Positions 59,704 to 64,000 of a stretch of DNA of 64,000 bases are shown in pieces (position 1 is the first letter of the stretch; each line of letters begins with the position of its first letter). The DNA is from an uncultured beta proteobacterium. GTDB taxonomy: Bacteria; Pseudomonadota; Gammaproteobacteria; Burkholderiales; Burkholderiaceae_C. The position numbers were made by a program, and so were the translations under genes. Where the stretch lies: assembly GCA_963750665.1 (NCBI GenBank), contig CAVVRQ010000028.1, positions 299,101-363,100 of the forward strand, read 5' to 3'. The notes beneath the pieces are model-generated. The model was not told where the DNA came from. It did not search any database and saw only the letters and a program-made list of their open reading frames with translations.

Positions 59704-60514
59704 TTTGCTGCTCCGGCATCAAGGCAAACGCCGCGTAGCCGACGACACGCGCTTTGTCGCCTGCCGTGTCGCCCGAGTTGCAAAGCCCGAGCAGTTGCGG
59801 CTGCAAATGATGCTGCCGGGCGGCCAGCAACAAGCCGTTAAGCGGCGTCGCTCCGCAAGCCTGCTCGTGCGTGAGCGAGTTGTCCAGGTGCAGGATGTCC
59901 TGCACCGTTGCGCCATCTCTGGTCTGGGCGCTGCGATAAGGCAAAAAGTGCGACAAGTCGGAGCTGATGACAATCAGGGTTTCTGACCCGCCCCAAAGCA
60001 GGTCCAACACCTCGGCCACCTCAGACGGCGTGGCGTCGCCAACCGCCAGCGGCACCAGTTTGAAGTCGTCCAGGACAGTTTGCAGAAACGGCAACTGCAC
60101 CTCCAGCGCGTGCTCCAAAGCGTGCGCCGCCGCACTCACCACGACCTGGCGCAGTGACGCAATCCTGGCAACGGCCGCCTGATCGACTTCGATATTGCCC
60201 AGCGGTGTCGCAAAAATTGCAGCGCCAGGCAGCGCCAAACCGCGCACTGGTACCCGGTGCACCGGACCGAGCAAAATCACGCGCCGGATGGTGTTGCGAG
60301 CAACGGCCAGCCGCGCATAGGCCAGCGCGGCGGTTGCGCCGGAATAGACGTAGCCAGCATGGGGCACGATCAGGGCCTTTGGGACTTGGGGTTGGGGCAC
60401 CGCCACAGCCGACTTGACAGCGCTTGCCAGCATGGACAATACCTCCGCAGACAATGCTGCGGCTGGCCCAGGATAGAAAGCACCCGCGACGGCGGCTTGA
60501 CGGATTTGCGACAC
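59693..60514 (-). CDS. amrB: AmmeMemoRadiSam system protein B (MEMO1 homologue)
   Basis: RQAAVAGAFYP, PHAGYVYSG, EHALEVQLPFLQ, ISSDLSHF, ACG, NSGD..G...RVVGY; GTG 60514 after SD GGAGG. Confidence 0.93.
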   Translation of the reverse strand: MSQIRQAAVAGAFYPGPAAALSAEVLSMLASAVKSAVAVPQPQVPKALIVPHAGYVYSGATAALAYARLAVARNTIRRVILLGPVHRVPVRGLALPGAAIFATPLGNIEVDQAAVARIASLRQVVVSAAAHALEHALEVQLPFLQTVLDDFKLVPLAVGDATPSEVAEVLDLLWGGSETLIVISSDLSHFLPYRSAQTRDGATVQDILHLDNSLTHEQACGATPLNGLLLAARQHHLQPQLLGLCNSGDTAGDKARVVGYAAFALMPEQQNEH

Positions 60515-60561
60515 GATCACCTCCAACTGCCACCGAGCTTATCCCCAGCGCTAAACGGCGC

Positions 60562-61461
60562 TCAATCGTTTTGAAACACGTAGCCGCTCACGTCGATACC
60601 GGCGTGCCGCGCGGCATCAAACACCGGCTTGTAATCTTCAACCCGCGTTTCAATGAAACGCTTGGCACGCAGCGTCTCCAGCACCTTGAGACCCTGTGGA
60701 TTTTCATGCAGATGCAGCAGGACCGTCTTGAGCCGGGCCACCAGGGCCGGATCCATGTCCTTCCGCAGCCCCAATCCATTGGAGGGGAATTCCTCGGACC
60801 GGGCCAGCACCTGCAGGTCCCGGTTGATCGCCGGATCGCGCGAGGCGACCCACTCATAGACCGAATCCTTGGCCGCGCCAACGCCGGCCTTGCGCTGCAG
60901 CACGGCATACATGGCGGCATCGTGGCTGCCGGTAAAGAATGTTTCACCCATGAATTCCGTGACGTTCTTCACCCCGTGATCGGCCAGGTAGGCCAGCGGG
61001 AAGATGTAGCCGGCCGATGTTGCCCTTTCGACGAACGCGAAGCGCTTGCCGCGCATGTCCTGTACCGTCTTGATTCCGCTGTCCTTGCGCACGAAAATCA
61101 TGCCGGAATAGGTGGATTTGCCGTTGAGGTTCACCGGCCGTGCGATCGGCACGATGCCGAGTTTTTGAATAGCCAGGGCGCCCGTGAAGGACCCAAAAAA
61201 TGCGCCGTCGAGATGGTGCTGCTGGAAGTTCTCAATCAGGTTGCCATAGCGCGTGAGAACGGAGAATTTGATATTCGTCCCGGTTTGCTCGGAGAGATAT
61301 TTTCCCAGCGGCTTGAAACGCTCCATCTGCTGGAAGATGTTGGTCTCGGGAATCAGGCCGATCACGAGTTCCTTGCTTTCGGTTGCGGCGTGGGCCGAGC
61401 CGACATGCAGCAGCGAAGCGAGCAGAAAACCGGCACTAAAGAACCTGCGAAATGCTTGCAT
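60562..61461 (-). CDS. PhnD-like (phosphate/phosphite/phosphonate-type) periplasmic binding protein, orphan
   Basis: Signal peptide; LVIGLIPE, YLSEQTG, TYSGMIFVR, FVERATSAGYIFP, FTGSHDAA; no permease or ATPase adjacent. Confidence 0.85.
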   Translation of the reverse strand: MQAFRRFFSAGFLLASLLHVGSAHAATESKELVIGLIPETNIFQQMERFKPLGKYLSEQTGTNIKFSVLTRYGNLIENFQQHHLDGAFFGSFTGALAIQKLGIVPIARPVNLNGKSTYSGMIFVRKDSGIKTVQDMRGKRFAFVERATSAGYIFPLAYLADHGVKNVTEFMGETFFTGSHDAAMYAVLQRKAGVGAAKDSVYEWVASRDPAINRDLQVLARSEEFPSNGLGLRKDMDPALVARLKTVLLHLHENPQGLKVLETLRAKRFIETRVEDYKPVFDAARHAGIDVSGYVFQND

Positions 61462-63973
61462 GAAAGTCTCCTTTGGCGGAATCGCCTTTACTGACCAGCG
61501 TGAAGGCGCATTTTGTATCAAGAATTTTCAGCATTTCGGCGGGTTTGGATATCAGGAAACCCTGAATATAGCGACAGCCGAGGTCCTGCAGCATTTTCAT
61601 CTGCTCTTGCGATTCGACGCCTTCGGCGATCACTTCCATGTTCAGCGCCTTGGCAAGACCAAGAATGGTCTTGATGATTTCCAGGTTTTCCTTGCTCGTG
61701 CCTGCGGTGCCGACAAAGCTTTGGTCGATCTTGAGCAAGTCCACCGGATAGCGGTGCAGGTAACTCAGCGACGAGTAGCCGGTACCGAAATCGTCAATGT
61801 GGATGCCCACACCCAGTGCCCTGAGCTCCTGTAGCAAGGACTCGTTGGAGTCGGTGTCTGACATCACGATGCTTTCGGTGATCTCCAGCCCAAGACTTTT
61901 CGGATTGACACCGGTGTCGCGCAGCACCGCCTTGACTTCTTCAATCAGATGCGGGGTCAATTGCCGGCTCGAGATATTGACGTTCATCGTCAGCGCCGCC
62001 GTTGACCCTTGTTGCGCCGTGTAATGGCTGAGTTTCTCGCAGGCCTCCCGCAACACCCAGGCACCGATGCGCCCGATCAGCCCGCATTCTTCGGCTACCG
62101 GGATGAACTCCTGCGGCGGGATCAGGCCGCGCACCGGGTGCTGCCAGCGTAGCAGGGCTTCGAAACCCGTAATCAGGTTCTGCTGAAGATCAAAAATAGG
62201 CTGGTAATAGACGCGCAATTCTTTGCGATCCAGTGCGCCGCGCAAGTCGGTTTCAAGGTGCAACTGATCGAGCGTGCGGGACCGCATGAAGGTATCAAAC
62301 ACTTCGTAGCGTGCCTTGCCGTTGGCCTTGGCCTGGTACAGCGCCAGGTCGGCGTCGCGCAGCAGTTGGTCGGGCGCTTCGCAGTGCGGCGAGACCAGCG
62401 CAATGCCAATGCTGGCGCTGGCGTAGATGTCCTGCGCACTGACGGTAAAAGGCTGCCTGGTTGTCTCGAGCACGCGCTCAGCCACCAGGATTGCGTCCGA
62501 GACGTCGCCCACCTGGCCAAGCAGGATCGCGAATTCATCGCCGCCAAAGCGTGCCGCCGTGTCGCCCGGGCGCAGTGTCTCGACCAGACGCGCGGCAAAC
62601 GCGCGTAACAGCTCGTCACCCGCCGCATGGCCGAAGCTGTCGTTGACAAACTTGAATCGATCGAGGTCAAGGAACAGCACGGCAAAGGAGTTGGCCCGCC
62701 CGCGCGGTGCGGCGCTGAAGGCATGCTCCAGACGGTTGACGAACAGCGCGCGATTGGGCAAATTTGTCAGCGGGTCATGAAACGCGCCGTGGAACAACTG
62801 CTGCTCGGCCACTTTGCGATCGGTGATATCGGTCTGAGAGCCAGCGATCCGTATCGCTTTCCCAGCGGCATCGAAGACCGCAATGCCGCGCGTCAAGACC
62901 CAGCGCTCGCTGCCATCGCGGTGTCGCACGCGGTGCTCCGCGCTGAACTGGTCGGCTTCACCGCTGAAATGGGCGGCCAGCCGGCCCTTCAGGCCGGGCA
63001 GATCCTCCGCATGGACCAGATCGAACCAGTCCGCCGGCCGGCTGCCAAGCTCCTCACTAGCGTAGCCGAGCATGGCTTTCCAGCGCGGAGAGAAGTAGAT
63101 CATGTCCGAGCTCAGATCCCAATCCCACAAGCCATCATTGGCACCGCGCTCGGCCAGCGCATAGCGCTCTTCGCTGCTGCGCAATTCCGACTCAATTCGT
63201 CGCCGCTCCACCATGTCCTGCAGCAGCTTGTCCTGATCGGCTTGCAGCGACAAGCTCATGGCGTTAAAGGCCGTGGCCAGTTCACCAAATTCGGCCGGGT
63301 ACGAGCGCGCCAGCGTATGGCCCAATTTTCCGTCGGCGACTACTCTGGTCGCCGCAACGATGTCGTGCACCGGTCTGGAAATGGCGTTTGTCAGATTGAC
63401 CGCGATGAAAATGCCGACCAGGCAAGTTAGCAGAAACGTAATGGCCAGCAGGGTGCGCCCGCGACTGGCCTCGACTTCGGCCTGCGCGCTGACGACCGAA
63501 AGTTTGGCTGATGCCGCAGCGGACATGGCCTCAATGTTCGCCATCAACGAGTTTCCGATCAGTGCCACATCGTGTTTGAGCTGAATCGTGCGGGCCTGGT
63601 TGGCCGCGGCAGTCATGTAGAAGCTCAAGCCGTTTTGATACTCGTCAACGTCGCGCTGCAGAGCCTCAAGGCGTTTGGCGATGGCCGGTTCGTGGTGGCA
63701 GCCCAGGCAGCGACCGGCAATCGACTCCAAAGCGATCGCGTCCTCAACGGTGGCCGTCAAATCGGTCTGATTGGCGGTGGCAAAGGTGAACAAGCTGGCC
63801 TCAACCTTGAGCAGCTTGGCCAGCAGTTGCCCGCGCAGATCCTCGATTTGATGGAGCTTGACGACGCGTCCATAGAGTTCGGTCGCGCTGCCAAAGGTGA
63901 ACAATGCGGTGGCCGAGCCGGCCGTGAACAGCACGAACAGCAAAACTAGCGAAACGATGATTCGTGTTCTCAT
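61436..63973 (-). CDS. Membrane sensor diguanylate cyclase/phosphodiesterase: periplasmic CxxCH domain-HAMP-PAS-GGDEF-EAL
   Basis: Two TM helices flank a periplasmic region with CLGCH (63695-63709); HAMP, PAS (DGLWDWDL), intact GGDEF and FEAL. Confidence 0.9.
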   Translation of the reverse strand: MRTRIIVSLVLLFVLFTAGSATALFTFGSATELYGRVVKLHQIEDLRGQLLAKLLKVEASLFTFATANQTDLTATVEDAIALESIAGRCLGCHHEPAIAKRLEALQRDVDEYQNGLSFYMTAAANQARTIQLKHDVALIGNSLMANIEAMSAAASAKLSVVSAQAEVEASRGRTLLAITFLLTCLVGIFIAVNLTNAISRPVHDIVAATRVVADGKLGHTLARSYPAEFGELATAFNAMSLSLQADQDKLLQDMVERRRIESELRSSEERYALAERGANDGLWDWDLSSDMIYFSPRWKAMLGYASEELGSRPADWFDLVHAEDLPGLKGRLAAHFSGEADQFSAEHRVRHRDGSERWVLTRGIAVFDAAGKAIRIAGSQTDITDRKVAEQQLFHGAFHDPLTNLPNRALFVNRLEHAFSAAPRGRANSFAVLFLDLDRFKFVNDSFGHAAGDELLRAFAARLVETLRPGDTAARFGGDEFAILLGQVGDVSDAILVAERVLETTRQPFTVSAQDIYASASIGIALVSPHCEAPDQLLRDADLALYQAKANGKARYEVFDTFMRSRTLDQLHLETDLRGALDRKELRVYYQPIFDLQQNLITGFEALLRWQHPVRGLIPPQEFIPVAEECGLIGRIGAWVLREACEKLSHYTAQQGSTAALTMNVNISSRQLTPHLIEEVKAVLRDTGVNPKSLGLEITESIVMSDTDSNESLLQELRALGVGIHIDDFGTGYSSLSYLHRYPVDLLKIDQSFVGTAGTSKENLEIIKTILGLAKALNMEVIAEGVESQEQMKMLQDLGCRYIQGFLISKPAEMLKILDTKCAFTLVSKGDSAKGDFHASISQVL

Positions 63974-64000
63974 GGGCTCAAGTTATCACGCTGGCACCAT

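Noticed and set aside
60562-61461. Phosphonate utilisation (phn) operon
   Set aside because: No phnC/phnE or C-P lyase genes in the window; the gene is coupled to a signalling enzyme.
1-64000. tRNA, rRNA, integrase, transposase or prophage genes
   Set aside because: None recognised by eye or in the ORF track; a tRNAscan/Infernal run would be needed to exclude small RNAs.

Overview
GC-rich betaproteobacterial chromosome window, probably Comamonadaceae (Rhodoferax/Polaromonas-like; inferred from gene order and repeat families). 1-14 kb is mostly housekeeping: partial icmF, a TPR lipoprotein, lptD-surA-rsmA, amgK, a peptidase + ABC exporter module and rsmE. 14-24 kb holds beta-alanine catabolism (LysR-bauA-mmsA), a TRAP transporter and several permeases. 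24.7-36.1 kb is a sugar-acid locus with ulaG, ulaE and araD/ulaF, a CUT1 ABC importer, an FGGY kinase, a DeoR regulator, a HAD phosphatase and an uncharacterised beta-propeller-like protein. It has no PTS and no ulaD, so it looks like a non-canonical L-ascorbate-type pathway. 36.2-45.7 kb is a lower-GC block: LysR, LamB/PxpA, biotin carrier, biotin carboxylase, two carboxyltransferase-like subunits and a TorT-like ABC importer. It runs straight into gabT-cupin(BauB)-gabD and then gcdR/gcdH/CoA-transferase. This is the best candidate for an undescribed system: a biotin-dependent lactam-opening pathway resembling a split version of the fungal lamA/lamB locus, coupled to C4/C5 omega-amino acid and glutarate catabolism. 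54-64 kb has a frameshifted 5TMR-PAS-GAF-GGDEF-EAL gene, an acyl-CoA dehydrogenase, amrA/amrB with no radical SAM partner in view, and a CxxCH (heme c)-bearing HAMP-PAS-GGDEF-EAL sensor paired with an orphan PhnD-like binding protein. Non-coding highlights are a fixed-spacer block repeat (4 copies, one in-frame inside a CDS), a twin-hairpin element with identical inverted loops, stop-codon-anchored palindromes and a putative DeoR operator motif. No rRNA, tRNA, CRISPR array or transposase was recognised. All assignments come from motif recognition and recalled family knowledge; no database searches were run.
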